NCBI GenBank assembly: GCA_049975385.1
Contig: JBNGDO010000005.1
Span: 1 to 59,296, forward strand
Source: Anaerolineae bacterium
GTDB taxonomy: Bacteria > Chloroflexota > Anaerolineae > B4-G1 > SLSP01
Direction of reading: 5' to 3'
Length of the DNA stretch: 59,296 nucleotides
The notes under the pieces are model-generated. The model was not told where the DNA came from and searched no databases. It saw nothing but the letters and a program-made list of their open reading frames with translations. The position numbers and the translations under genes were made by a program. This document shows positions 34,513-44,392 of the stretch, in pieces (position 1 is the stretch's first letter; each line of letters opens with the position of its first letter).

Positions 34513-34641
34513 GTCGGGACATCGCGACCCGATCTGCTTTTTCAAAACACTGAGAAGCGAAACCTGACTGTGCCTTTTGCCTTGTTGAGTGGATGGATGT
34601 TGCGCTGTTCCAGCAGCAGTATGTTTGTGATCTGGCGCCCG

Positions 34642-35400
34642 CTACAACCCAAACACCTGTGAAAGGCTCAGCAGCAGCATAAACCCCAGCACGAAGCCAA
34701 AGGTTGCCTCATGCTCATAGCCATGGCTGTGGCTCTCAGGGATCAACCCATCGGAGACGACATACAGCATCGCCCCGCCGGCAAAAGCCAGGCTGAACGC
34801 CAGAAAGGGGCGGAAGAGGGTGACAAACAAAGCGCCCAGCAGGGCAGCCACCGGCTCGGCCATGCCAGAACCGACGGTCCAGGCCAGGTATTGCCGGCGG
34901 GGCATGCCACACTCGCGGAATGGCCCGGCTACGGCGATCCCTTCGGGGATGTTGTGCAGGGCAATGGCCAGGGTCAGCAAGAGGCCAAGTTGTGGCTGAG
35001 CCGTGTAGCTGGTGCCGACCGCCAATCCTTCGGGTATATTGTGCAGCGTCATCGCAGCGAAGAGCATCAATCCACGCCGGTATCCCATCGGATCAACACA
35101 CGTAAAATGTAATTGCTCGTGCTCATGGGGCAGAAAGCGGTCAAGCGCAAACAGAGCGACAACGCCCGTTGCTAACCCTGCCAGCGTAGTCAATGTATTG
35201 CCTTGGGTCAAGGCTTCTTGAATAAGGCCCAGTGTGGCGATGGCAGTCATAACACCGGCTGCGAATCCCAATAAGGTATCGTAAGTGCGCATCTTTAGCT
35301 CGCCGAGAAGCGCGACCAGTCCGCCGCCTATCCCCGTAGCCAGGCCGGCGATCAAGCTCAATAAGAATGCGTTCAAAACAACCATGGACCCAACTCCCAT
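34642..35400 (-). CDS. ZIP-family divalent metal transporter (ZupT-like)
   Basis: Twice-repeated HNIPEG(L/I)AV motif. 8-TM architecture. Confidence 0.85.
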   Translation of the reverse strand: MGVGSMVVLNAFLLSLIAGLATGIGGGLVALLGELKMRTYDTLLGFAAGVMTAIATLGLIQEALTQGNTLTTLAGLATGVVALFALDRFLPHEHEQLHFTCVDPMGYRRGLMLFAAMTLHNIPEGLAVGTSYTAQPQLGLLLTLAIALHNIPEGIAVAGPFRECGMPRRQYLAWTVGSGMAEPVAALLGALFVTLFRPFLAFSLAFAGGAMLYVVSDGLIPESHSHGYEHEATFGFVLGFMLLLSLSQVFGL

Positions 35401-35496
35401 TGTATATAGTTCTGCCCAAGCACAATCCAGTAAGCCGATTGCCTAAGGGAGGGATTATATCGCATCTGCAGAATCGGACAATCGCGGCGGCACGGA

Positions 35497-35611
35497 GTGT
35501 GTATTTCACTTTTGGGGAAATAGTTAGATCCATACCTGATAAGCTCGGTTTTTTGGCAGTTTTGGCCCGATTCGGGCTCAACAAGCCCGGTATGCAAAGG
35601 CCAAAACTGCA
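35497..35611 (+). repeat. 115-nt repeat element, copy A (upstream of the MalT-like regulator)
   Basis: About 80% identical to the reverse complement of 52477-52590. Contains a 12-bp stem GCAGTTTTGGCC (35556-35567) / GGCCAAAACTGC (35599-35610). Confidence 0.7.
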
Positions 35612-35650
35612 TTTGAAGCCATGGTGAAAACGTGGTAAGATTGGGGCGCG

Positions 35651-38306
35651 ATGGATGCATCCATTCTGGCCACAAAGCTCTACATCCCGCCGCCACACCC
35701 CAACCTGGTGAAGCGCCCGCGGCTGACCAAGCGGCTGGACGAAGGGTTACGCCTGGGTCACAAGTTGACCCTCATCTCAGCTTCCGCCGGCTCCGGCAAG
35801 ACAACGCTTCTCAGCGAATGGATACATACGTCAAGGACGCGTCGCGGTGTTTCCCTACAAGTGGCTTGGCTCTCCCTCGACGAGGATGATAACGACCCCA
35901 CCCGTTTCTGGGCACACGTCATCGCTGCATTGCAAACGATCTATCCAGAGGCGGGACAATCCGTACTGCCGATGCTCCAAGGACCACAACCGCCGCCCCT
36001 CCGCGCTATCCTCACGCCCTTACTCAACGAGTTGGCCATGCTTCCAGAGTCGGTCATTCTCGTCCTCGATGACTATCATCTTGTTACTACAGGGGCCATT
36101 CACGACGGTGTCGCGTTTCTGCTCGACCACCTGCCACGACAGTTGCACCTGGTCATCGCCACCCGCGCCGATCCCGCACTGCCTATCGCCCGCCTGCGCG
36201 CTCGAGGACAATTGACTGAGCTGCGTGCCGACGACTTGTGCTTCACCACCGAGGAAGTCGCCGCGTTCCTGAACGAGGTGATGGGATTAAACTTGCAACT
36301 GCAGGACGTTGCCGCGCTCGAAGCCCGCACCGAGGGCTGGATCTCGGGCTTGCACCTGGCAGCGTTATCGATGCAGAGGCGCGAGGACGCGCACGCCTTC
36401 GTCGAAGCGTTCACCGGCGGCCACCAGTACATCATCGAATACTTGATCGAAGAGGTCTTGAGCCAACAACCGGAGCCGATACAGCACTTCTTACTCCAAA
36501 CGTCGATCCTCGACCGGCTCTGCGCGCCGCTGTGTGATGCTGTGCGTTTCGGCGTAGCCGAAACGCCCCTCGGCTCTGCTGTTTCAGGGCAACAAACCCT
36601 AGAGTATCTCGAACGCGCCAATCTGTTTATCGTCTCCCTGGACGACGAAGGACGCTGGTATCGCTATCACTACCTGTTCGGTGACCTGCTGCGCAAGCGG
36701 TTGGGACAGGCTACGCCGCAGGAACAGCTCTCCGAACTGCACTGCCGCGCCAGTCAATGGCACGCAGAAAACGGCCTGCTTGAGCAAGCGGTCAAGCACG
36801 CGCAGGCGGCAGGGGATTTCGAACGCATCGCACAGATCGCCGAGCGTGCCGCTGGAGCCAGCCTGCTCGATGCCCGGCTGACGGCGCTGCTGCGCTGGGT
36901 GGATGCGCTGCCGTGGAATGTGCTGCGCGCCCATCCCCGCTTGCAGGTCTATCGCGCCTGGGCGTTGTTTATGAATGGCTATCTCGAGGCCGCACAGCAA
37001 GCCCTGAGGGACTGTCGCCAGGCGTTGGAAGCTCTGCCGCCCTCGCCGGAAAACGATGTGCTACGCCGCGCGCTGACCCGCCTGCTGGACATCATCGAAA
37101 TGATCGCGCAGGGCTTTATGTACGACGTGGACAACAGGATCGAAGAGGCCATCCGGGTGTTCGGTCAAGCCCGCGATATGGCGCTGGAGGATGGCCACGT
37201 TTTTTTGACGGCACAGGCCACCGAAGGGCTGGCGCTGGCACAATATTACCAGGGTCATCTGCGGGCGTCCGCCCAGTCCTGCCAGCAGGTGATCGACATG
37301 GCAGCGCAGAGCGCGGCACAGGCCCCTCTTGGGGCAGCAGGTTACATTGAGCTGGCCGGTATTCACATCGAGTGGAACGACCTGGACAAGGCTGCCGACT
37401 TGCTGGAAGAGGCACTGGTACTGTGCCGCGAGTGGGGCATCGTCCAGACACTGAACGAAGCCTACACTGCCCAGTCCCATCTTCTACAGATCAAGGGAGA
37501 TATCGACGGGGCCTGGGAAGCACTGGAAAAAGCCCGCGAGTTCAGTTCTATGGAAGGTGACACCTCCTTGGTCAACTTCCGGCTTTCCACACAGGAAGCA
37601 CGTCTGAACCTGGCGTCAGGAGAGTTCGAAAAAGTCGTGCGCTGGGTGGAGAGGACGCTGGCAGTCTTTTCATCCGGCGAAGGACTGCCCGCTGCCTTCG
37701 TCGTGACCCTACAGACAACCCTGGCGCGGGCCTATCTAGCACAGGATAAGGCAGAAGAGGCGTTGGCTGCGCTGGAGCCCCTCCTGGCGCCCGCCGAGGC
37801 CACCGGAGCCTTCCTGCACGTCATCGAGGTGTGCGCTCAAGGCACTGGCCCTGCACGCCCTGGGCGATACATCCGCCGCGCTGGCTTCGCTGGAACGGTC
37901 GCTGGCGCTGGCCGAGCCGGAGGGCTTTGTGCGTGTGTACCTCAACGAAGGCTCGCCGATGGCATCCCTGCTCCGCGAGGCGGTGGCACGCGATATTCAC
38001 TCGGAATACGCAAAAAAGTTACTTGATGGTTTCGAAGTGTGGGAATATGTGGGTATGGGGGAGATTTCCCCTACACTTCCACACACCTACCCACACTCAC
38101 GTCCCGATCCCCTCACCCCTCGCGAGCGCGACGTCCTGTACTGCATCAGTCAAGGCCTCTCCAATAAAGACATCGCCGAGAAACTCGTCATCGCGCTGAA
38201 CACGGTCAAGCGACACACCAGCAGCATCTATAGCAAGCTGAGTGTCAAAAGTCGTACCCAGGCCGTCGCACGGGCGCGCGAACTTGGCTTGCTCCCCGCC
38301 GATTAG
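35651..38306 (+). pseudogene. MalT-like LuxR-family regulator (P-loop NTPase + TPR-like + LuxR HTH), frameshifted near 37832
   Basis: SASAGSGKTTLLSEW P-loop. C-terminal HTH LTPRERDVLYCISQGLSNKDIAEKL is encoded in ORF 37929..38306. Removing T37832 gives ...HVIEVALKALALHALGD.... Confidence 0.75.
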
Positions 38307-38438
38307 AACTAACACTTTCGAGTCATTTCCTCCTTATCGCAAAATTGGCCCTTTTGTGTGGCGACAATCTTGCCTTTATCGGCTATACTGGCGTTGAGAG
38401 AGGCGATATGCTGCACGCTCATCGAGGAAGAGGCCAAG

Positions 38439-38648
38439 ATGCAACGACAGCACTACGAGATCCAAGTTGAGGGACACCTGGCAGTTGATTGGTCGGAGTG
38501 GTTCGAAGGGCTGACCGTCCGCCAGGAAGCCAGTGGTGAAACCGTCCTCTGTGGCTCGCTGGATCAGGCCGCGCTGCATGGTGTCCTGGCCAAGGTCCGT
38601 GACCTAGGGCTTGTGCTGCTAACAGTACAACGCATGGATAGGGGATGA
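38439..38648 (+). CDS. small conserved protein of unknown function (69 aa)
   Basis: MQRQHYEIQVEGHL...ETVLCGSLDQAALHGVLAKVRDLGLVLL. This pattern recurs next to LuxR-type regulators, in my recollection. Confidence 0.5.
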   Translation: MQRQHYEIQVEGHLAVDWSEWFEGLTVRQEASGETVLCGSLDQAALHGVLAKVRDLGLVLLTVQRMDRG

Positions 38649-39286
38649 GGGACAACATGGGAATCATGCAAGCGATGTTCAGACAGTTCCGCAAACCAAC
38701 CGGATGGATGGCGAAATTCATTGGGAGGGGGATGAACAGAGAACACGAGAAGGTCTGGCGCTGGGGGCTGGAGTACGTCACCATCGCACCCGAAGCTGCC
38801 ATTCTCGACGTAGGATGCGGTGGGGGCGGTACGGTCAAGATCCTGGCCCAGGCTGCGTCCTGTGGCAAGGTCTACGGCGTGGACTATTCGGAGGCTGTGC
38901 TCCCCACAGCCCGCTGGGTCAATCGAGCGTTGATCAAGCAGGGTCGCGTCGAACTCAAGCATGGAAGTGTCTCCGACTTGCCGTTTCCCGACGATATGCT
39001 CGACCTGGCGACGGCCTTTGAGACGACTATGTTCTGGCCCAATCTGGTGGATGCTCTACGAGAAGTACGGCGCGTGTTGAAACCGGGTGGCACTTTCTTG
39101 ATCGCCAACGAGGCATTTGTGGACGCGCGGTTCGAGAAACGAAACACCAAATGGGCGCGTCTGGCCGATTTCCAGCTACAAACACCAGAAGAGACTCGCC
39201 AATGCCTGGTTGAGGCCGGATACGCCCAAGTTGAGATCGATGCGCTTCCCGAGAAAAATTGGATCACCGCGATATCACAGAAATAG
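38645..39286 (+). CDS. class I SAM-dependent methyltransferase
   Basis: ILDVGCGGGG motif I. ATGA overlap with the previous gene. Confidence 0.75.
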   Translation: MRDNMGIMQAMFRQFRKPTGWMAKFIGRGMNREHEKVWRWGLEYVTIAPEAAILDVGCGGGGTVKILAQAASCGKVYGVDYSEAVLPTARWVNRALIKQGRVELKHGSVSDLPFPDDMLDLATAFETTMFWPNLVDALREVRRVLKPGGTFLIANEAFVDARFEKRNTKWARLADFQLQTPEETRQCLVEAGYAQVEIDALPEKNWITAISQK

Positions 39287-39300
39287 AGGAGAAATCGAAA

Positions 39301-40059
39301 ATGGAAAAAAAGGCAACTCTAACGTACAGCAACTGGGTGTCCACCAAATTCATCATCATACCGCTTGTTATGGGCGCCCTCTTTCTTGGATTGACACTCA
39401 TCTGGCCGGGATTCGCCATCTTGGTAGCCCTCTGCCTCCTGGGCAGTGTTTACTTTGTGTATGCCCGCCACGCCTTCTCTCCGCGCGGCGGGCATATCCA
39501 GGCCAAGCTCTGGGATGTGGTGCTGGATCGTCTCGATTGGGACGGCAGAGGCAAGGCACTCGACATCGGGTGTGGCAATGGCCCGCTGACCATCGCCCTG
39601 GCTCAGCGCCATCCCGACGCGCACGTGACCGGCATCGACACATGGGGCAAGGCGTGGGACTACGCAAAAGCAGCCTGCGAGCGCAACGCGGAGGCCGCAG
39701 GCGTCGCCGGGCGGACGGACTTTCAAAAGGCCAGCGCCTCTGACTTGCCCTTCGAGGATGGCGCCTTTGACGCGGCTATCAGCAACTTCGTATTTCACGA
39801 CGTGAGTGACACCATGGATAAGCGCGCGCTCGTGCGAGAGGCTCTGCGGGTGGTCAAGAAAGGCGGCCGCTTCGTCTTTCACGACTACTTTGCGGTTAAG
39901 GCAATGTACGGCGAGCTGGATGACCTGCTGGAGACGATCAAGAGTTGGGGGATCGCTGAAGTCGCGTTCGTGGACACCAGCACATCCGACTTTATCCCCG
40001 CGGCGCTGAAACTGCCGTTCATGCTTGGCAACATCAGCCTCATCTACGGGACAAAGTGA
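39301..40059 (+). CDS. class I SAM-dependent methyltransferase with N-terminal TM segments
   Basis: ALDIGCGNGPL motif I. The ATG at 39301 follows GAGGAG. Confidence 0.75.
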   Translation: MEKKATLTYSNWVSTKFIIIPLVMGALFLGLTLIWPGFAILVALCLLGSVYFVYARHAFSPRGGHIQAKLWDVVLDRLDWDGRGKALDIGCGNGPLTIALAQRHPDAHVTGIDTWGKAWDYAKAACERNAEAAGVAGRTDFQKASASDLPFEDGAFDAAISNFVFHDVSDTMDKRALVREALRVVKKGGRFVFHDYFAVKAMYGELDDLLETIKSWGIAEVAFVDTSTSDFIPAALKLPFMLGNISLIYGTK

Positions 40060-40110
40060 GGTCGCGAGCCACCACGAACTCAGTACCATAGAAGGCGCGA
40101 TAGTTGACGT

Positions 40111-40512
40111 TCACCTCTGTTCCATCGTTCGCGCCCCAAGATAGCTGAACAAGCACAAAGCGAGCAAAGCCATCTGCAATACAAGCGTCGCCACCATAGC
40201 GGCAGGCGCTACAGCATCGACTCGGACGCCAACAAGTCCCACAACGATGTAGGCGATAATCACAGGGATCAGGCATAGCAAAACGCCTTTGCGCTCTAGC
40301 GGTTTCTGATCGGCCCAGAGCAGTAAAAGCGTCCAGCCTAGCATAACCGGCGCCCCGTAAAGTAGACCGAACCGGAATCCCGCGTCGGGCGTCAGGGTGC
40401 CGCCAGTAGTCGCCAGGAACAACCTGGGAAATGTCATGCGGATGGCTTCAAATGCATCCGCGATGATGGCCCACCAGAACGTGATCCGCAGCCACAAAAT
40501 CTTACGCTTCAT
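40111..40512 (-). CDS. membrane protein of unknown function
   Basis: MKRKILWLRITFWWAIIADAF... with four hydrophobic segments. Overlaps the kinase stop by 11 nt. Confidence 0.45.
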   Translation of the reverse strand: MKRKILWLRITFWWAIIADAFEAIRMTFPRLFLATTGGTLTPDAGFRFGLLYGAPVMLGWTLLLLWADQKPLERKGVLLCLIPVIIAYIVVGLVGVRVDAVAPAAMVATLVLQMALLALCLFSYLGARTMEQR

Positions 40513-41752
40513 TGTAGAATTTTTGCACCGGATTAGCCGCCAGCATCTCAGGCAGGCGAATCGTGAAGGTCGTTCCGGCCCCGAGGGTGCTGGCGACGTC
40601 AATGGTGCCACCGTGCAGGCGCACGAGCTGGCGCGTGATGGCTAATCCCAGGCCACTGCCTGCGCCTTCCTGGTGGCTGCGGGCGCGGTCGCCGCGCCAA
40701 AAGCGGTCGAAGATGAAGGGAAGGTCTTCCGCTGCAATGCCCTCGCCTGTGTCACGGACGCAGATTTCGACGCCGTCTGGGACTGAAAACGCCTCGAGGG
40801 TGATCGTGCCATCGCGCGGGGTGTGACGCACCGCGTTGACCGCGAGATTGGCCAGCACCTGATCCAGACGACCGGGGTCGCCGTGGACAATGAGCGGTTC
40901 GTCGGGCGCTACGACGTCCAATGTGACACCGGCCGATTCGGCCAGACCGCTGAAGTCGGTTTGCGTGTCCAGGAGCAGTTCCGCTACATCCACAGGCTCG
41001 AGTTCGAGCGCCAATTGCCCGGACTCCGCCAGCGATAGGGTGCGCAGATCCTCGACAAGGCGCGCAAGCTGGTGCGTGGCTTCCAACGTCGCTTCGATGT
41101 GCTCGGTGGTAGGCTCGTAAACACCATCCAGCACGCCTTCCAGGTTCCCCTGGATAATCTGCAGAGGGGTTCGCAGCTCATGGGCCACGTCCGCGGTGAG
41201 GTTGCGACGCTGCTGGTCGGCCCGTTCCAGGGAAGCCACCATCTCATTGAAGGTGTCGACCACGCCGCTGAAGTGACGGCTATTGGTTTCCGGCGCGCGT
41301 ACGCTCAGATCGCCATCCTTTACCGCTTCCGCCGCCGACAGCAGTTCGGCCAGCGGCGAGGCAATCGTTTTGAAATTCCGGCGTCCTATGTAGATCGCCG
41401 CTGCCGCGAAGCTCAACAGCAGGAGGATTCCGATTCCGAGGAGAAGGTAAGGTTTGTTTAGGGATTGGCCAGCGCTCAGTGCCACTTGCACCAGGTTCAC
41501 CAACAGCGTCAACGTGCCCGCGACCAGCACAATGAAAGCGCCAAAGGCGATCATCAATCGAGCGAAAATGCCTCCCGGATGGTGTGTATGTCTGGCATGC
41601 GCAAAGGGCGGCATCCTCCGGGAGGGGGGGCGCCAGTGGCGGAATGTCGGCGCTGGCGGTTGTTGTTCCGAACGCCACTTGCGCCATCGCGATGCATGGC
41701 TGCGAAACGCGCGCCTTGTGTTTTCTCGTAACAATCGTTTTCTATACTTCAC
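40502..41752 (-). CDS. sensor histidine kinase (TM-HAMP-HisKA-HATPase)
   Basis: H box ADVAHELRTPL, G boxes DTGEGI and GSGLGL. GTGA overlap with the RR stop. Confidence 0.85.
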   Translation of the reverse strand: MKYRKRLLRENTRRAFRSHASRWRKWRSEQQPPAPTFRHWRPPSRRMPPFAHARHTHHPGGIFARLMIAFGAFIVLVAGTLTLLVNLVQVALSAGQSLNKPYLLLGIGILLLLSFAAAAIYIGRRNFKTIASPLAELLSAAEAVKDGDLSVRAPETNSRHFSGVVDTFNEMVASLERADQQRRNLTADVAHELRTPLQIIQGNLEGVLDGVYEPTTEHIEATLEATHQLARLVEDLRTLSLAESGQLALELEPVDVAELLLDTQTDFSGLAESAGVTLDVVAPDEPLIVHGDPGRLDQVLANLAVNAVRHTPRDGTITLEAFSVPDGVEICVRDTGEGIAAEDLPFIFDRFWRGDRARSHQEGAGSGLGLAITRQLVRLHGGTIDVASTLGAGTTFTIRLPEMLAANPVQKFYNEA

Positions 41753-42465
41753 GGCGTTTGTTCACTTTCGCCTAACTCACGGGCGGTGACGAATCGATAT
41801 CCCACCCCGTAGACAGTAAGGAAGTAGACGGGGTTTGCGGGATCGGGCTCCAGCTTCCGTCGAAGATTCTTCACGTGAGCATCAATGCTCCGGTCGTAAC
41901 CGTCGTAGTGCACATCGTGCAGGCGTTCAAGGAGCAACTCGCGGGAGAACACCTGGCCTGGGTGGCTCGCAAAGATCAGGAGCAGGTTGAATTCGGTGCG
42001 CGTGAGGGACACCGGTTTCCCGCTGTGGGCGACTTGCCGTCCTTTCACGTCGATCTCCAGGTCACCCACTCGGATGGTATTGGCGTCGACGACATCGCCG
42101 TGGACCCGGCGCAGCAGGACGCGAACCCGGGCCACCAGCTCGCGCGGGGAAAAGGGCTTGGTGATGTAGTCATCGGCGCCCAGTTCCAAACCAACGAGGT
42201 GATCCTCAAGTTCAACCCGCGCCGTCAGCATGATGATGGGAACATCCGACGTGCGACGCAACGCACGGCAGACGTCTAACCCGTCGATGCCGGGCAGGTT
42301 CAGGTCGAGGACCACGAGATCGGGACGCTCGTGGCGCGCCATCTCCAGCGCCGTCCTACCGTCGCCGGTGACCAGCGCCCGGAACCCGCTTTTGACGAGG
42401 TAGTCGTGCACCTGTCGCGCGATTTTAGGTTCGTCTTCGACCACGAGGATCACGTCTGACGCCAT
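41749..42465 (-). CDS. OmpR/PhoB-family response regulator
   Basis: VILVVEDEP, DLVVLDLNLPGIDG, and the C-terminal winged helix ...LTVYGVGYRF. Confidence 0.9.
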   Translation of the reverse strand: MASDVILVVEDEPKIARQVHDYLVKSGFRALVTGDGRTALEMARHERPDLVVLDLNLPGIDGLDVCRALRRTSDVPIIMLTARVELEDHLVGLELGADDYITKPFSPRELVARVRVLLRRVHGDVVDANTIRVGDLEIDVKGRQVAHSGKPVSLTRTEFNLLLIFASHPGQVFSRELLLERLHDVHYDGYDRSIDAHVKNLRRKLEPDPANPVYFLTVYGVGYRFVTARELGESEQTP

Positions 42466-42503
42466 AGTTTCGCCTTCTTTTGCTAAGAGGTTGGTGGTTG
42501 ATC

Positions 42504-42791
42504 TTATTGTACCATAGTCACTGCCGCCCGGCGTACGAAAATGGCAGACCACCGATCCGCGAAGTCAATGGCCCACTGTGGGGAGCGTTGCAGCAATCGC
42601 AACAGATCGCGGTCTTCGTGACGGCTCAGAATGACGGTCTGGACATTCTCCGCATCTAGCAGCGCCAACCACTGCGGGTTGAGGTAGCCCTTATCGCGCA
42701 CTGGCAGGCGCCGAAAACAACTCCACGGGATTTGTCGCCAATGCCGCCAGGGATGGCGGTTTGCACGCCATCGAAGGGGAGTGGCGCTCAT
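42504..42791 (-). CDS. hypothetical protein, possibly a C-terminal gene remnant
   Basis: ATGA overlap with the upstream gene. The first 30 aa are Arg/Trp-rich. Only the tail (LNPQWLALLD...WAIDFADRWSAIFVRR) looks protein-like. Confidence 0.25.
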   Translation of the reverse strand: MSATPLRWRANRHPWRHWRQIPWSCFRRLPVRDKGYLNPQWLALLDAENVQTVILSRHEDRDLLRLLQRSPQWAIDFADRWSAIFVRRAAVTMVQ

Positions 42792-43381
42792 CGCGCTGCT
42801 TCCGCGGCGGATTGGCCCACTACCGGCGTGAAAGTGAAACTATGTGTCCCACGTTTAACAAGCCTGAAGTTTCCGCCGCGCGTCACCCTCGCGACCAGAT
42901 CGTCTGGATCCATGTGTGGATCGTTCACCGCAAGGAGCCCGCCCGGACGCAGTATCCGGTGTATTTCCCTCAAGACGCCGTCCTGATCACCGAGCATGTG
43001 GAAGACGTCGAAGAGCAAGGCCACGTCGGTGCTGGCGTCATCCAGTTCTGGTAGATGAAGACCGTCGCTTAGATAGGGGTTGACGTTGTGCAGTCCCTGG
43101 CGTTTGGCTAAGGTTTCCACCCGTTGCATCGCCAGGGGATGGATGTCGACGGCGATCACTGCGCCGTTCTTCCCCACACGCGCCGCAAGCTCCGGGATGT
43201 AGGAACCTGGGCCGCAGCCATAGTCCAGGACCGTATCGCCGGCCTTTAGCGGGATTTCGTCCAGCAGCACGCCGCGCGGCCTGAGCCAATCGCGGATCCT
43301 GAACATCGCAGCCATGCCCTGGAAAAGGATGCCGGGCATGGGCCGGTCAACGCCATAGCTTTCGTTGACTGCCTGCGTCAT
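42788..43381 (-). CDS. class I SAM-dependent methyltransferase
   Basis: VLDYGCGPGSY motif I and the LRPGGLL post-II motif. Confidence 0.8.
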   Translation of the reverse strand: MTQAVNESYGVDRPMPGILFQGMAAMFRIRDWLRPRGVLLDEIPLKAGDTVLDYGCGPGSYIPELAARVGKNGAVIAVDIHPLAMQRVETLAKRQGLHNVNPYLSDGLHLPELDDASTDVALLFDVFHMLGDQDGVLREIHRILRPGGLLAVNDPHMDPDDLVARVTRGGNFRLVKRGTHSFTFTPVVGQSAAEAAR

Positions 43382-43602
43382 GCTGCTTCCTCCGACTTCT
43401 CTGTGGCTGCGTCATCTTGAGGATACCAAGTCCAGGGATGGCGCCCCGTGTGGTGCCTTCGCCATGCCCGTGCAAAGTGGTCGTGGTGCCAGTGGCGCCG
43501 TATCGGACGCTCGCATCCACCAAAGTGGCGAAGCGCTGCACCTCCGATCAACACCCCCAGGACCAACGGTCCAAAGCGAAATCGACGAGATCGTCCTATC
43601 AT
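43378..43602 (-). CDS. 74-aa membrane-anchored His/Arg/Trp-rich protein
   Basis: AAGGAGG lies 9 nt upstream of the ATG. One TM segment (GPLVLGVLIGGAAL), then RRHWHHDHFARAWRRHHTGRHPW. Confidence 0.45.
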   Translation of the reverse strand: MIGRSRRFRFGPLVLGVLIGGAALRHFGGCERPIRRHWHHDHFARAWRRHHTGRHPWTWYPQDDAATEKSEEAA

Positions 43603-43834
43603 TGTTCATAACCTCCTTATGGTTACTGATCCACACATAACTTTCTAAACGCTATACGCTTTCAAGGAAACCGAAACAGTTTGGTTTCATACGCGCGGAT
43701 CAGTCTTTTTCTGAATTTACGCTCTTACCATATCCGCAACTTGTGAAGGAATTATGAACAACTATGGCAGGTCTTGTGAACTGTTCTAATTTTGTCGCTG
43801 CTGGCGACAAAATGTGCGACCGTCCAGAATACAA

Positions 43835-43874
43835 AAACGGGAGAGGTTGCCCCTCAGAGAGGCCTCTCCCGTTT
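43835..43874 (-). terminator. intrinsic terminator ending the 12-gene operon
   Basis: On the minus strand AAACGGGAGAGG ... CCTCTCCCGTTT is followed by TTTTGT. Located just after the OsmC stop. Confidence 0.65.
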
Positions 43875-43887
43875 GCTAATGTGTGCG

Positions 43888-44313
43888 TTACGCTTTGGGT
43901 GTTACGTCACACTCACCCTTGCCAAGGATGGTGATTTCCAGGTTCTCCATCGTTTTGATGGTAGCGTGTACCGGGCAATGTTCCGCGACGCGTTCGATAG
44001 CTCTCACCCGCTTCGCGCAATCCCCTTTCGGCAGGTTCACCGTGGCCTTGAGATCCACCAGCCGCGTTGGGTCGCTGGCCTTCTCGAAGGTCAGGTCCAC
44101 GGTCATCCCTGTGTCGTCAATGCCGTTGTTCTCACAGTACTGCGCGACAAACGCGCCAATGCAGCTTCCTAACGAGGCCACGAATAATTCCGGAGGAATC
44201 GGACCGCGGTTACTGCCGCCCATCGATGGCGGCACATCAATGGTGAGGGTATGCTTGCCAATTTGTGATTCAAATAACATATCGCCTTTGTAATGAGTGG
44301 TAATGGTTGCCAT
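43888..44313 (-). CDS. OsmC/Ohr-family peroxiredoxin-like protein
   Basis: PPELFVASLGSCIG and AEHCPV Cys motifs. The ATG at 44313 follows AAGGAG. Confidence 0.8.
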   Translation of the reverse strand: MATITTHYKGDMLFESQIGKHTLTIDVPPSMGGSNRGPIPPELFVASLGSCIGAFVAQYCENNGIDDTGMTVDLTFEKASDPTRLVDLKATVNLPKGDCAKRVRAIERVAEHCPVHATIKTMENLEITILGKGECDVTPKA

Positions 44314-44392
44314 AGATCGCTCCTTATTGTGATAATTTACACTGCGCCGAATTATAAAGGTGGTTACGAATTTTGGCCAGTGACATTTATCA

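Noticed and set aside
35367-35627. The ORFs 35367..35627 (+) and 52194..52601 (-), which translate the 115-nt repeat into similar peptides, as a small-protein gene family
   Set aside because: A 1-nt indel near the 5' end removes any shared start. Copy A has no nearby start or RBS and would overlap the ZIP gene start. Substitutions are not biased to synonymous positions. A conserved 12-bp stem suggests function at the RNA or DNA level.
42504-42791. Treating the 95-aa ORF as a confident gene
   Set aside because: Kept only as a low-confidence feature. Its first third is Arg/Trp-rich and atypical. Only the tail looks like a real protein fragment, possibly the remnant of a larger gene.
43792-44293. 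Plus-strand ORFs of 126 and 136 aa opposite the OsmC gene
   Set aside because: They are antisense to a gene with OsmC Cys motifs and a good RBS. The first one also runs through the operon terminator.
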